This document shows, piece by piece, positions 33,662 to 44,956 of a stretch of 64,000 nucleotides of DNA. Every line of letters starts with the position of its first letter. Within the stretch, counting starts at the first letter, position 1. The position numbers were made by a program, and so were the translations under genes. The notes under the pieces were generated by a model. The model was not told where the DNA came from. It made no database searches and was given only the letters and a program-made list of their open reading frames with translations. The stretch comes from Naegleria gruberi (lineage: Eukaryota): NCBI GenBank assembly GCA_000004985.1, contig GG738891.1; one strand, written 5' to 3'.

Positions 33662-36149
33662 ATGAACGATCAACTACCATCCAAACCATTCACTTCCTCC
33701 ACGACAACTACCACGAGTGCTCTCTCCATTACTTCATCATCATCGGCGGCTACGACCACCACCACCTCTGGATCATCTTCTTCGAATAGCTATAGCAATC
33801 AGTCAATGATGTTCACACCATCGGGTCCAACAAGGACACAATCAGCAGGCAATTTTCAAGAAGGTTTTCATGTTGGTGGTGATTATGGTAGTGGTAACAA
33901 CAATGGAGTCACAAGGGCCACTTTTACATCATCCACTAGTGCTAATAATATGAAAGCACCCTCTCGTTTACCAACAGGAAATATCAATCATCAAAATATA
34001 CCAACACCAAATTTCTTCTCGTCAACCATTCCGACTGGCAGCCAGTTTGTTCCTCACACTCAACAAATGTTTATGACAAATAATGAAAAGATTGAAAGGT
34101 TAATCAAGACTACTTTCCAAACACAACAATTGGGACTTACAAAGACAATATCTTTCCTTCATAATATTTGTGGTATTGAAGAATCATATCAACAGAAAAT
34201 TGCCACTGAATGTGCAAGTAGTAATTTTGAAGTGCATTTTCCTGGTGAAATAGGACAAGTACTTGCTTCTTGTCGTTCCTTCTTTTATAAGAATGCAAAG
34301 AGCTCTGAAAGATTTGCTCAAGATGTGAAAACTTGTCTCTGTGACCCTCTATCACAAATTAACAAGGATATTTCGAAAAAGAAAAAGATGATTACCCAAA
34401 CACACGAAGCCATTTGTAAATCCCATCAAAATTCACTCAGTCAGCTTCAAAGTAAGAAGAAAACAAATGAATCAAAGAGACAAAATTTGGAAAATGCAGA
34501 AAAGAAATGGAAAATGTCTCTTGCTCAATCCCAATCCGAAAAAACATCAGCAAAGGAATCATTTTTCAGTTCTTTAATCGATCGTCAACTCAATCCTGAA
34601 CAGACCAAAGCCAAATGTACGTATATGTTTTCACAATATCATTTACATTGTTTTTAAAGACGAACAAAGCTTGGAAGAATATTCCGAGAGTGAAATCGAA
34701 CTTCAACAAACTAAACAAAAATACGAGACACTGGTAAAGACAACACTTCATCCACAATGTAAAACAATTGCTGAAAAGACAGCTGAACAATATGTTGAAA
34801 CTGGAACAATTCTTCATCTCTATATTCAACATTTAACTAAATTATTAGAAGCAAGAGTTACAGAAGCTCAAAATAATTTGGCAGCTTTTAGAGAAATTGT
34901 TGACGGTATGAATGTCGAGGATATTGAACAAACATTGGTACAATTAGATGCCACACTCGATGAAGAACCAAAAAAGAAACGAGAAACACCTTCCCCTAAC
35001 ACTACCTCCCCACATTCAGAGAGACCAAGACCAAGTAATGCGACTCCAATTTTTTCTGTATATAGCCAAGAACGAGATGAAAATACTGTCTTTTTTGATG
35101 AAATGCTTAGTGAAATTATTACAATGGATGAGAGTGATGAACCAAGTTTCCACAAATCACCAACCACTTCACCTATCTCACCATCCAATGATGCAAGAAC
35201 TTCACTTCCTATTGATGAAGATCAATCATTACCGAATCAAGAAAACCCATCATCTGAAGATCAAGAGCAACCTTCATCTCCAAGTCAAGAACAAGGTACT
35301 CTTGGCTCTCCAATAGAAGAACCAAGCGAGCCAATTATTCCTAAAAAACGACCAACCATACACAAAGAATCAAATGTAGATAACAGCCCACAATTTGTAA
35401 AATATATGAACAGACTTACACAAGCTAAGGAAAAAATCAACACATCAGAAGAGTGCAGAATTGCATTTTGTAAAGTACTCAACCAAAAACGATCCAAAGC
35501 ATGCTTTAAGAAATTCTTCTACTTCCAAGATTTGGCAGAGCTCATTGGAGATTGTTTGAGTTTGGCCCACACACAAAATGATAGAAATGTTGGAAGATTA
35601 TTGCTTAACATGACACAAACATTCTACTATTATGGAATAGACTATCCTCCACTTGAAGAAGAAAAGGACAAACCAAAAGAAAAGAAGAAAATATTTGTCT
35701 ACTCTATTTTGGATGATATGCCATGCTGGCAAGATTTGAGATTTTGGGAATTTTGTTTATATGACGGTCTCAACACTGAGAAACTTAGTAGAGTTTCAAA
35801 TAATAATACCGCTCTGACAGAGGAACAAATGCAAGCAGAGCATGAAAATATAGTCTTTGGATTATTGAGCAGTTTTTGCTTTACAATGAATGAAATGCAC
35901 ATTCCACAGGACATTATCAGAAAGTTTGCAGAAAAGATGTGTGATATTAACTCTCTAAATGAAGATTACAGAACCATGATCATGTCTGTTGTTGCCCCTG
36001 AAAACAATGAATCTTCTGAACCAGAACACCATGTGAAAATGTCTCGATACAGATCCAAACGTCAGGGTGTTCTCATGACTGACGAACAATTATCTCAACT
36101 TCGAAATGATATCCGAAGGGAAAGTATTGTTGACATTAATGATGAATAA
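33662..36149 (+). CDS. F-BAR (FCH plus coiled-coil) domain protein, about 822 aa: join(33662..34616, 34660..36149). S/T-rich N-terminus, a central F-BAR-like region, and an acidic/Pro-rich C-terminal half.
   Basis: Donor AAA T|GTACGT (34617-34618) and a 43-nt intron with acceptor aaAG 34658-34659. The splice gives T+AC = Tyr and continues in the frame of the second ORF, whose track start is a TTG. The F-BAR call rests on the helical pattern ERLIKTTFQTQQLGL...YQQKIATEC...FAQDVKTCL...ENAEKKWKMSLAQSQSEK, by eye. Confidence 0.5.
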
Positions 36150-36232
36150 TTTTCCACTACTCCAATTTTTCACACAATAAATTCGAACATGAAATAGCAC
36201 ATGTCACACCATATGATAAACTTTACAATAAA

Positions 36233-36967
36233 ATGCATCTTGGAATGGTCATTGCCAACTCGAAGTTCCAATCAAATTCCGATAGCAAAAAAATGTCTCA
36301 ACTCATTCTTCGTACTTTTGGTTTTCTCTATGTGATTTTATCCCTCATTACAATGATTACACCAAATATGGTGGCCAATTCGTTTTTCCAACAATATTTC
36401 CACCATCTAGATATTGATAATTATTCTCTGATTATTATGGATTTGTTCCGATTGATTGGAGTTTTTGTTTTTATTAGTGGCGCCTTGATGATTGGAATTT
36501 CGAGAAGCAAGTTGGAATCTTTGACATTTTTCAATGTGGCCTTTATGATTTTCTCAGTGATTGGTTTGCTTTATTCGGTATTTCATGCAGTGTTGAGTAG
36601 GGAATTTCGTTGGAAGTTTACATCATCAGCTTGTTTGGTGATTGTCTTTCTTGCTCAGGTCATTTCAATGGGATATTCAATGTTTGCCTCGTCGAGGAGA
36701 AGAAATCAACACAGCACCTCATTGCCATCTTCGAATAGTTATAGTATGGGTTTTAACAATCAATCATCAACTCCTTACAATCCAAATATTCACACAAATT
36801 ATTATAATGCACAACCACAAATGCATCAACAACAATATCAACAAGCTTCTTGGAATACTAATAGTAGTGCTTTTGGACAAAGTTACAATGGATTTAATAA
36901 TGGTGGAGGATTTGGTCAATCTGGCTTTGACACCTCTTTTGGTTCGGATATGAGAAAGAGAGTTTAA
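36233..36967 (+). CDS. Four-TM membrane protein with an N/Q/S/G-rich C-terminal tail, 244 aa (alternative start MSQLIL at 36293)
   Basis: ORF with four hydrophobic helices. The tail (NNQSSTPYNPNIHTNYYNAQPQMHQQQYQQ...) is prion-like in composition. Confidence 0.45.
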   Translation: MHLGMVIANSKFQSNSDSKKMSQLILRTFGFLYVILSLITMITPNMVANSFFQQYFHHLDIDNYSLIIMDLFRLIGVFVFISGALMIGISRSKLESLTFFNVAFMIFSVIGLLYSVFHAVLSREFRWKFTSSACLVIVFLAQVISMGYSMFASSRRRNQHSTSLPSSNSYSMGFNNQSSTPYNPNIHTNYYNAQPQMHQQQYQQASWNTNSSAFGQSYNGFNNGGGFGQSGFDTSFGSDMRKRV

Positions 36968-37167
36968 TCTTCCATGATGGAATAAACAATGGTATAATAA
37001 TAGAAATCATAGTATTTAATTATGAATTAGGTTTATTTAGGATTGCTCTTTCGGAATAATTTCAAAATTGTGTGATAAACATTAGATATTCATCACAACC
37101 AATCATGGATTGGTATTGGACGATTTGTATGTGTGGATCGTCGTACCCTGTACAAACAGACAAGTTA

Positions 37168-38331
37168 TTATTTGTTATGTAGGAGGAGTGATGGATTAGA
37201 TATGGAGCTTTGAAGGTGGCTTTCAAGGAATTGATCAAATTCTCTCGAATCCATAAACCTCACAAAGACATCATGCAAATTACCCATACAATCATCAAGC
37301 ATTGATTTGTGAAGTGCCTTGTAATAGTTAAGTGTTGCTGCTTCGAGTGATATCTTTGGCATTTCTACCTTGTTAGTAGGAATAATGGCAGCATTGGTTG
37401 ATTCAACATTTGAATTTGTTGCTGTTGTTTCTGTTGTTGATGGTGTTTGACTCAATGTTTCTTCCTCTATTGTAATTTGTTCACTTGTTGATTCTGCAGC
37501 TATGGTCGATGGAGCTGTTGAAGAGTCAATTGTTGAAGAGGTTGTTGAAGAGTCAATTGTTGCAGTTGACTTTTCGGTGAGATCTGTTATTGTGGTAATT
37601 GTTGTTGCTGTATCTTGGTTCATTCCTTCAAGTCTTGGTGTTGTTGTGTAGGCAAATTCCTCGATACCTCCTTTCCTTCTCTTGGACAAGACAGCAAAGG
37701 TACAAAAACCAATATTCATCTCATAATCTGACCCAGAACTTAGGTATTCCTCTTCCACTCGTTCCATATCAGTAATGAATTTCTCTGTTTCTGTCATGTT
37801 TCTTTCGTCTGGTTTCTTCTTTAACAGAAGGTGTGAAACAGAATTTGTCTTGGCTTGCATATCATCACAATTGATGGTCAGCAAGACTTTTAACAAATCT
37901 AAATTTTCATGGCTATACTCCTTTTTAGAGAATTTGTATAAGAATTCAAAACCAACTGGATCAAACAAGACATCAGATAAATGATATTGTCCAGCATTGG
38001 CAGGTCTAACAGCAGCACTCGTAGCTCTTCCACTTCTATTGATGATATTTGTTTGTGAACCTGGTGAATCGAGTGCACTTTCCAACAGTGAAGAATTGGA
38101 CGAAAATTGGGTACTGTTTTGTTTGGCAATGCTGCTCTTTCGTGATGACTGCAATTTGGTCATGAGTTTAGTACCTAAAATCCTCTTTGCAAGACTGGCA
38201 TTATGATATGGATTTGGAGCTGATATGGAAGATCCATCAATTGACTGTGAATCTATGGATAATCTCGGTAAATGGCTCTTCTTTTCCAAAGGTTCTTCAT
38301 TAGAACGTTGTTGACTCAGGCAATTTCCCAT
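37168..38331 (-). CDS. RGS-domain protein with an N-terminal myristoylation/palmitoylation motif (MGNCLS). The RGS domain appears interrupted by a Ser/Thr-rich insert. 387 aa.
   Basis: HLSDVLFDPVGFEFLYKFSKKEYSHENLDLLKVLL matches the RGS N-terminal helices (F..FL..E.SEENL.F). The C-terminal AATLNYYKALHKSMLDDCMGNLHDVFVRFMDSREFDQFL matches the RGS C-terminal helices. Gly2 and Cys4 fit an acylation site. Confidence 0.6.
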   Translation of the reverse strand: MGNCLSQQRSNEEPLEKKSHLPRLSIDSQSIDGSSISAPNPYHNASLAKRILGTKLMTKLQSSRKSSIAKQNSTQFSSNSSLLESALDSPGSQTNIINRSGRATSAAVRPANAGQYHLSDVLFDPVGFEFLYKFSKKEYSHENLDLLKVLLTINCDDMQAKTNSVSHLLLKKKPDERNMTETEKFITDMERVEEEYLSSGSDYEMNIGFCTFAVLSKRRKGGIEEFAYTTTPRLEGMNQDTATTITTITDLTEKSTATIDSSTTSSTIDSSTAPSTIAAESTSEQITIEEETLSQTPSTTETTATNSNVESTNAAIIPTNKVEMPKISLEAATLNYYKALHKSMLDDCMGNLHDVFVRFMDSREFDQFLESHLQSSISNPSLLLHNK

Positions 38332-39724
38332 ACTTTCAACAGTTATAAATATTATTGAAACCTTTCAGATAAGTTAGAAGCAGTGGTAGTAGTTAAATAT
38401 ATATCAAACAGCTAGCAACTAGTTGTTGTCAATGTATTTTGTTATTGTTTGTGTGTTTTAGAGAATTTGAAAAAGGTTAACTTTTGCTTCTCACAAATTC
38501 AAGAGAGAGATAGATTGATATATTCGGACAATCAAACAACCCTTCAAAGGATGACTCGAAACAAACACACTCTCTGCAATATTTACTATAGTAGATATGC
38601 AAATAATCTTCTCTTATGCTGAATAGAGATGATGATGACGATTCAAAAAATCGGCCGCGCTTTAATGAACCAACAAACAATTGAGAATGTAATAACATGG
38701 TACGTGGTTTCTGTTGTTGTGAGGGTTTTTGTGCTTTTTTTTTTGTTGTGTTAAGCAACCAAGCCTTTGTGATTGTTTTCGAATCTTTCGGATGTTTGGG
38801 CAATTTCAAAGATGGTAGTGATTTGTGCTTTTGGAAATTTGAAGAGATGTTAAAGAACATGCAAAGCTTTGAAAGGTCTAATATTGAGAATAGTTTAGTT
38901 TCTAATAATTTGAAGATTGCAATGTTATACAACAGAGACAATATTCAATATCATCACTGATGAATAGTCTTTTTCACATTGAGTAGCACAGCAAGTAACA
39001 AAAACAGCGTACCAATCCTTGCCTTTACAAATAAAGGTGAGATTGAGGGCTGCCGAATTAGCAGAAATGATGCAAAAATTTCTGTTTCCAAAGAAAGAAG
39101 CTATTGGAAAATCTGAATTTCCTTTGGCTCGAATTTTCTTCGCTTGTTGTTCGTCAATTCCTTTTCAAATTCATTAGCAAACTTTGTTCGGAAAAGATTG
39201 TTCAATTTTTTTAACTGTCGGAATGATTTGAGAAATCATTGCAATAAATGATTCGAATTTGAGAGGTTTAAGTTGGTCACGAATAGATGATATTTACTAA
39301 AACACACTACCACACGAATACCTTCTTTAAAGAGCAATTTAAATTGCGAATAAGAAATGGATGGTACAGTTTCGAATGGTCAGGAATATACAGTTGCAAT
39401 CTACAGTTTTCAAATGCTCTTCCACTTGTTTCTTCCTTTATAAATTAATATTAATATCGTTGTGATAATAATTTTTGAAATGAATCACTTGAAAATTGTT
39501 TGTCATCCACATTTTTAAAAAGGGTAAAACAACGTCTAATTCACTTCTGAAAGGAAAATTACATAAAAAAAATACAAACAAATTGTTGGGAGGAGGAGAA
39601 TATATCTTTTCTTGTAAAACAGTTGGATTTGAAAAAGGACGAGCAGAAGAAAGAGAGGAATTGTTAACAATTCGGATTAAAGTAATCATCATCATCATAC
39701 TATTGTACTATTATTGTTATAAAA

Positions 39725-40675
39725 ATGTTGAGATGTTGTTGTTATCAGTGTGGTCCTCTGGTGGATCACGCCCTCCAACAGAAAAACAAATTCTTTTATG
39801 GATCAACAACGAGAGAGAGTGAAGCCTTTGAGAAAATGTTCAAATCGAGGAAGGAAAATACATCAAGACATTCCGATGAATATTTTCAAAATGATGATGA
39901 AAGACACGTTTTTGAAATTTATGTACCCATGTTAGATGAAAATATGTTTGGTGGACTGCCAACACTGTTTGATAAGGAGACTTATCCACTTACTTATTTG
40001 GGGTTACCTAAAACAGCTAAGAATAGCAATATGAATGAGGATGGATTTGTAATGAATAATAATAATAATAATAATATGGATGTCGCTCAGCAGCAATCTG
40101 GAGAGGGCAGTGTGAAATTCATTTTCAATCATTCTGCTTTTGAAAATTCATGTACTTTGGGAATCCCCAATAATGTCAATTTGAAAACCATTCTCACATC
40201 TGAGGAAGAACAAGTGGAATTATTGAGACAAATTGTCTTTGAAAATATTAAACAACATGAATGGAGATATTGCATAACGAATATTAATGCTGGTATCAGT
40301 CACTCATTTCCATGTCCTGGAAAGGTCGGTTCTGCTCTTACATTTGCTCCATTTACTTGTGGGTTGAGTATCCTGCCTATTTTCTTATTGAGCAATTATT
40401 ACATTTCTGAAGCAATGAGAAGAATCAACATGTACCTTGGCAAGGTCAATAAGAGCCTCTTGGATAGAGCTAAGGAAAAGAATCTGGACTTTTATTTACA
40501 TTTCCAAGTGGTAAGACAAGAGAAATCAGGGATCAGCTGGGTGCAGGTCAATGCATTGGCAACAAGAGGAAGTGAGGCTGAGAGTCGTCTTTCCTTCTCA
40601 AATGAGCACGTTATTGCACAAAGACAATTAATTGATGAGGATGAAGAGGATATGCAATCAATAGAATTAAAGTAA
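39725..40675 (+). CDS. Hypothetical 316-aa protein with a Cys-rich N-terminus (MLRCCCYQCG), possibly palmitoylated, and a poly-N tract
   Basis: ATG-initiated ORF. No domain recognised. Confidence 0.45.
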   Translation: MLRCCCYQCGPLVDHALQQKNKFFYGSTTRESEAFEKMFKSRKENTSRHSDEYFQNDDERHVFEIYVPMLDENMFGGLPTLFDKETYPLTYLGLPKTAKNSNMNEDGFVMNNNNNNNMDVAQQQSGEGSVKFIFNHSAFENSCTLGIPNNVNLKTILTSEEEQVELLRQIVFENIKQHEWRYCITNINAGISHSFPCPGKVGSALTFAPFTCGLSILPIFLLSNYYISEAMRRINMYLGKVNKSLLDRAKEKNLDFYLHFQVVRQEKSGISWVQVNALATRGSEAESRLSFSNEHVIAQRQLIDEDEEDMQSIELK

Positions 40676-40781
40676 ATGTATTATTTCAGAATTAAAAAGA
40701 TTACCTCTGCATGATGATACTGAATATTCACTTTGATCATTGTTTTTGGATGAAAAATTTTACGGAGGGAATTTATTCACG

Positions 40782-42914
40782 ATGTATGAGCTGAAGAACT
40801 TGAATGAGACTCAAAGCACCATCACATCTACTCAACTGAGCTCAACTGTTTCCAGTATTTCATCTGTTAGCTCTACTATTGGATACCTAGATTCTTCTAC
40901 TCGATCAACTGTTGTAGAATATTTTCTGGTTACATTACAAAAAGCCGATTTGAATAATGTTCAATTATCAACTGAAGATTTTCAAACAAGTTTATCTTCA
41001 CTTTCCTCCATTGAAAATCAATTTATTTCATCTGTAGAGAGGAGATTAACTGTCACCAGAAAATTTACTAAAATCATTAATATTTACAATGTGTTAACTC
41101 AAATGAAATCTAAAAACTTGATAGAAGATTCATCACCAATTAAGATAATTGGAAAGGTCTATAAATCGTATTCCAATTATATCAAGAGTTCAACAGTACA
41201 AGATTTAATATTTGATGATGAAACAATTATGCAGTCAAATGGATTGCCATCATCCAGCATTGTAACAGTTAAAAGTTATTACAATGAATTAGTTTCAAGT
41301 GATTTCAAGTATTCAAAAGTTTTAGAGTTTACCCTCTACGATGTGAATACCAACCATGCAATTGAGAATCTAAATGTAAATTCACAATTTTTTATTCCAT
41401 TCACTTTAAAAAGATCATATGTTTCAAGCAATTGTAAATTTCAAAGCTACTCAGGAGAATTCATACAAAACTATTGTACGACATTTACAGACAATTCTGG
41501 TTTCCTATCACTTAATGTGTCCAGAACTGGTGTTTATCTATTGGAATATCAACAAGTTGCAGAGATTACACCTCTTCCACCAACAGCAAGTACAAGTCAA
41601 CAAACTGTCAAATTGTCCACAACCAGCAGTGACCCTTTAATTATTGGATTATCTGTAGGATTACCTGTCGCTTCCTTGTTTGTCGTTAGTATTGTTATAA
41701 TCATAGGTTTAATTATTATTTTGAGGAAGAATAGAAATTCCAAATCATTAGTTGAAGAAAGTCAAAATGAAAGAAATTACTTTGATAAATTGAAATCTCA
41801 AAAGGAAATGGAAATACCCACCATAGATATTGAATTGAAAGATAATGCCGATTTTATTGAAATTGAGGAATCTTGGTCACATAATGAAGGTCCATTATTG
41901 ATTCCATCAGATGAGATCTCAATTGTTTCAAAGCTAGGAAGTGGAGGGTTTGGAAAGGTGTACAAAAGTGAATATACACCAAGAGGAAAGGAAAAGAGAT
42001 TTGTTGCAATTAAGAGTATAAACGATGAAGACTCGATATTGTCTAACTCTACTTCAAATCCTTCCTCTTCATCAAGTCAAACCATTTCAACTGAAGCTCT
42101 GCTGATGTGTTCACTAGATCATGAAAATATTGTGAAATGTTTTGGAGTTTCTATAAAGGATGGCATTCAATTTATTGTAATGGAATATGTGGATGGTGGA
42201 AGCTTACAAGATTTGATACATGAATTGAAAAATGGAAGAAAAGTAATGGATTTGGATGAAAAAATCAAAATATTGTTACATATTTGTCATGGAATTAATT
42301 ATTTACATAATTTACCAAGACCAATAGTTCACAGAGATTTGAAACCTGGAAATTGTTTATTAACCAGATCGACAATGTGTTGTAAATTATGTGATTTTGG
42401 CTTATCAAAAGCATTTTCAAATTCATCAATTAACTCAATGACAAACAACATTGGGACTTTATTCTATATGAGTAACGAAATTATTGAAGGAATGGTCAAG
42501 AAGGAATTCGCCAAAGCCATTGATTGTTACAGCTTCTCAATTTTGATGTGGGAACTGCTGTTTGAAGAGAATCCTTACATTTACAAGAATATAGGAAAGT
42601 TATTCTTTGAAAGAGATTTTGAGGGTTCAGGATATTCTGGCTTGGTTGGTTTTAATATATTGCCAAGAGTTATGAGTGGGTTGAGGCCAGTGATTCCCTT
42701 CCAAAACGATAGACAATTATGTAAATTGTGGACCCAAAAGTTTATTCATTCCAAATTTACAAATGAGAGTATTGTTGAATGTTTATTGAAGATGAAGGAC
42801 TTGATGGAATCTTGTTGGCAACCAACTCCAGAAAAAAGACCAAGCTTTGCATCTGTGATTAAAACACTGAACGACATTAGAAATACGTTGCGTTTGAACA
42901 AACAGTGTGTTTAA
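40782..42914 (+). CDS. Receptor-like protein kinase (TKL-like Ser/Thr kinase): S/T-rich extracellular region, one TM helix (LIIGLSVGLPVASLFVVSIVIIIGLIIIL), and an intracellular kinase domain. About 710 aa; an upstream signal-peptide exon is not found.
   Basis: Kinase motifs are LGSGGFGKVYKSEY, VAIKSI, HRDLKPGNCLL and DFGLSKA. The track start at 40740 is TTG; the first ATG in frame is at 40782. No obvious signal peptide, so a short 5' exon may be missing. Confidence 0.7.
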   Translation: MYELKNLNETQSTITSTQLSSTVSSISSVSSTIGYLDSSTRSTVVEYFLVTLQKADLNNVQLSTEDFQTSLSSLSSIENQFISSVERRLTVTRKFTKIINIYNVLTQMKSKNLIEDSSPIKIIGKVYKSYSNYIKSSTVQDLIFDDETIMQSNGLPSSSIVTVKSYYNELVSSDFKYSKVLEFTLYDVNTNHAIENLNVNSQFFIPFTLKRSYVSSNCKFQSYSGEFIQNYCTTFTDNSGFLSLNVSRTGVYLLEYQQVAEITPLPPTASTSQQTVKLSTTSSDPLIIGLSVGLPVASLFVVSIVIIIGLIIILRKNRNSKSLVEESQNERNYFDKLKSQKEMEIPTIDIELKDNADFIEIEESWSHNEGPLLIPSDEISIVSKLGSGGFGKVYKSEYTPRGKEKRFVAIKSINDEDSILSNSTSNPSSSSSQTISTEALLMCSLDHENIVKCFGVSIKDGIQFIVMEYVDGGSLQDLIHELKNGRKVMDLDEKIKILLHICHGINYLHNLPRPIVHRDLKPGNCLLTRSTMCCKLCDFGLSKAFSNSSINSMTNNIGTLFYMSNEIIEGMVKKEFAKAIDCYSFSILMWELLFEENPYIYKNIGKLFFERDFEGSGYSGLVGFNILPRVMSGLRPVIPFQNDRQLCKLWTQKFIHSKFTNESIVECLLKMKDLMESCWQPTPEKRPSFASVIKTLNDIRNTLRLNKQCV

Positions 42915-43111
42915 TAGTTTAAGCATCTTGAAGTGGACCCTTGTAACAAATCAATACAATGTTTATATTTAATAATATTCAATGCTAGCTGTTTAACATA
43001 ATTTATTCAATATTGCAATGGTTGAACTTTGAAATCCGAGTTCAGTTTCATTGTAATCATTTTTCTTCTCTTTAAATATTGTAAACAGTTCAACAAAAAG
43101 AACCAAAAAAA

Positions 43112-43894
43112 ATGTCTCAACACCTCTCCACAAACATTGACGAATTCATAAAGAAAGGCTACAAGGGATGGTATTATAGCAAAATCCCATCATTCCGTCC
43201 TGGACGTTCCATCCTCTCCACCTATGAATTATTTTCATTCCGAGAATTGCCTTTTATTCATTTCCTTGATGAGGATTATAAAGCCTTTGTTGAAAGATAT
43301 AATTTGGAGGAGAATGAGACACAAGATGATGATGAAATAGTTCTTTCTTATAGTAGTAATAGTAGAACAAACACTTCTTTGGAATTAATACCTCCAAAGA
43401 TTGTTCATCTTTATGAAAATAGCAATATAATTGCAAAATATTTAAAATCGGAAATTACTACGTTTTATGTATCGGAAGGAAGTGTTGTTCGTTTGAAACG
43501 ATATGAGGATTTGGATTTGTATATTCTTCCCTTTTTTAAAGATGCTATTGGTGTGATGAATTGGTATGCCCTGTATGATTTGAAGAAGAGTAGTGGAGTG
43601 GGAAGTTTTATGCATCCCGTGGTTGTTTCTGGTTTTCCAGAGGATTTATCAATGCTGGATTTGAATGATTTAGATTTGGTTTCAATGAATGTTCATGAAT
43701 TTATTGGAAGAATGCTTTTGGAAGGTCATTTGGCAAGAGAAATGAAACGTGTTAATGGAGATGTTCAAGCTCTTGTGAATCCATTGTGTCGTGAATATGT
43801 AGAACATTATTTGAGAATTCAGAAAAGAAGGAGTGAAACCATATTTATTGGAAATGAGCATGTTGGCAATTTTAGTGATGTGAGCTTTGCTTAA
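43112..43894 (+). CDS. Hypothetical 260-aa protein
   Basis: ATG-initiated ORF with coding-like composition. Its 3' end overlaps the convergent neighbour by 23 nt. Confidence 0.45.
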   Translation: MSQHLSTNIDEFIKKGYKGWYYSKIPSFRPGRSILSTYELFSFRELPFIHFLDEDYKAFVERYNLEENETQDDDEIVLSYSSNSRTNTSLELIPPKIVHLYENSNIIAKYLKSEITTFYVSEGSVVRLKRYEDLDLYILPFFKDAIGVMNWYALYDLKKSSGVGSFMHPVVVSGFPEDLSMLDLNDLDLVSMNVHEFIGRMLLEGHLAREMKRVNGDVQALVNPLCREYVEHYLRIQKRRSETIFIGNEHVGNFSDVSFA

Positions 43895-44669
43895 TTTTGA
43901 ACATGGTATCAGTTCTGAGGATGTACTTGACGCCATCTGTTACTTTTTCTCCACAATGTAACATATCCATATCTTCCTGTGGAAAAACAATACAAGTTCC
44001 AGATCTCTCAATAACTCTGGCAGTCTCCTTTCTATGATATTGCTCAAAGAAAATTGTCGATCCACCCTTAAAATCACCCTCCAATTGTGAATTCAAATAG
44101 ATCATAAATGTCAATGCACTCTTGGTTCTATTACTTCTATTGGAATAGGTACCATCAGTGTGAGTTCCAAAATAGTGACCTGGCTTATATTTACACAATC
44201 TCCAACGATTATTCAATGAATGCAATGTCATATCCATTCCATGATGATTCAATTCTTGTGGCAAGTGATCCTTCACTCTATTCCATATCACTTGTGTCAA
44301 CGCATCATCATCAACCATCAATCTATCATTGAATCTATCATTATAAGCATAACAATACGAATCAGCATCTTCATATCCAAGTTTTTCACTCAATTCAATC
44401 AATAATTTACATTCCTCCTTCAACAAGACATTTTCTAAAATCAAAACTGGTTTTCCATTCTTTTCAACCTTCTCCAAATGTCTCACATTGATCTTTTCCC
44501 TAACAATCTCATCATTCTTTGCCAACAAATCACCAATTGACAATTTTATACTTTTCATTGAATCGGCAATTTTTTCATCAAAGCCATCAGCAACCACCTC
44601 CGAGGAGAGAACTTGCTGTGAGAGAAGAGGTGTATACTGAGAGGATTGCCACTTTTGAGACATGAACAT
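43872..44669 (-). CDS. 2-oxoglutarate/Fe(II)-dependent oxygenase, prolyl-4-hydroxylase-like, 265 aa
   Basis: H-x-D...H facial triad in GTHTDG and HCGEKVTDGVKYILRTDTMF (distal His and Arg), plus the GGSTIFF strand motif of the P4H/2OG-FeII_Oxy_3 fold. Confidence 0.7.
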   Translation of the reverse strand: MFMSQKWQSSQYTPLLSQQVLSSEVVADGFDEKIADSMKSIKLSIGDLLAKNDEIVREKINVRHLEKVEKNGKPVLILENVLLKEECKLLIELSEKLGYEDADSYCYAYNDRFNDRLMVDDDALTQVIWNRVKDHLPQELNHHGMDMTLHSLNNRWRLCKYKPGHYFGTHTDGTYSNRSNRTKSALTFMIYLNSQLEGDFKGGSTIFFEQYHRKETARVIERSGTCIVFPQEDMDMLHCGEKVTDGVKYILRTDTMFKIKQSSHH

Positions 44670-44956
44670 TTTTTTTAATTATTAGATATTAATAATTTTC
44701 ATTTTCAATTTGGAAGTGTTCGCAGTTCTCTCTATTTTTTTTACAATGGAAAGAAAAGTTTTGAACTGGAAATAGATTTTTCAAATAGAATGTATGTTTA
44801 CAATGAAAATGGTGAAATTTCAATTCTGTTCACCATTTTCATTTTGTAAAGAATATTAAACATTAAAACATAACATTAATTTTCCAAAAGGGATGAATTC
44901 AATTGGGTTCGTAAATAACCAAAAAAAAAAGCGCCAAAATCCAATTCTTCAAGTCA

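Noticed and set aside
38477-38960. 154-aa minus ORF and 87-aa plus ORF at 38477..38960
   Set aside because: Low-complexity, mutually overlapping, no recognisable features. Probably the 5' flank of the RGS gene.
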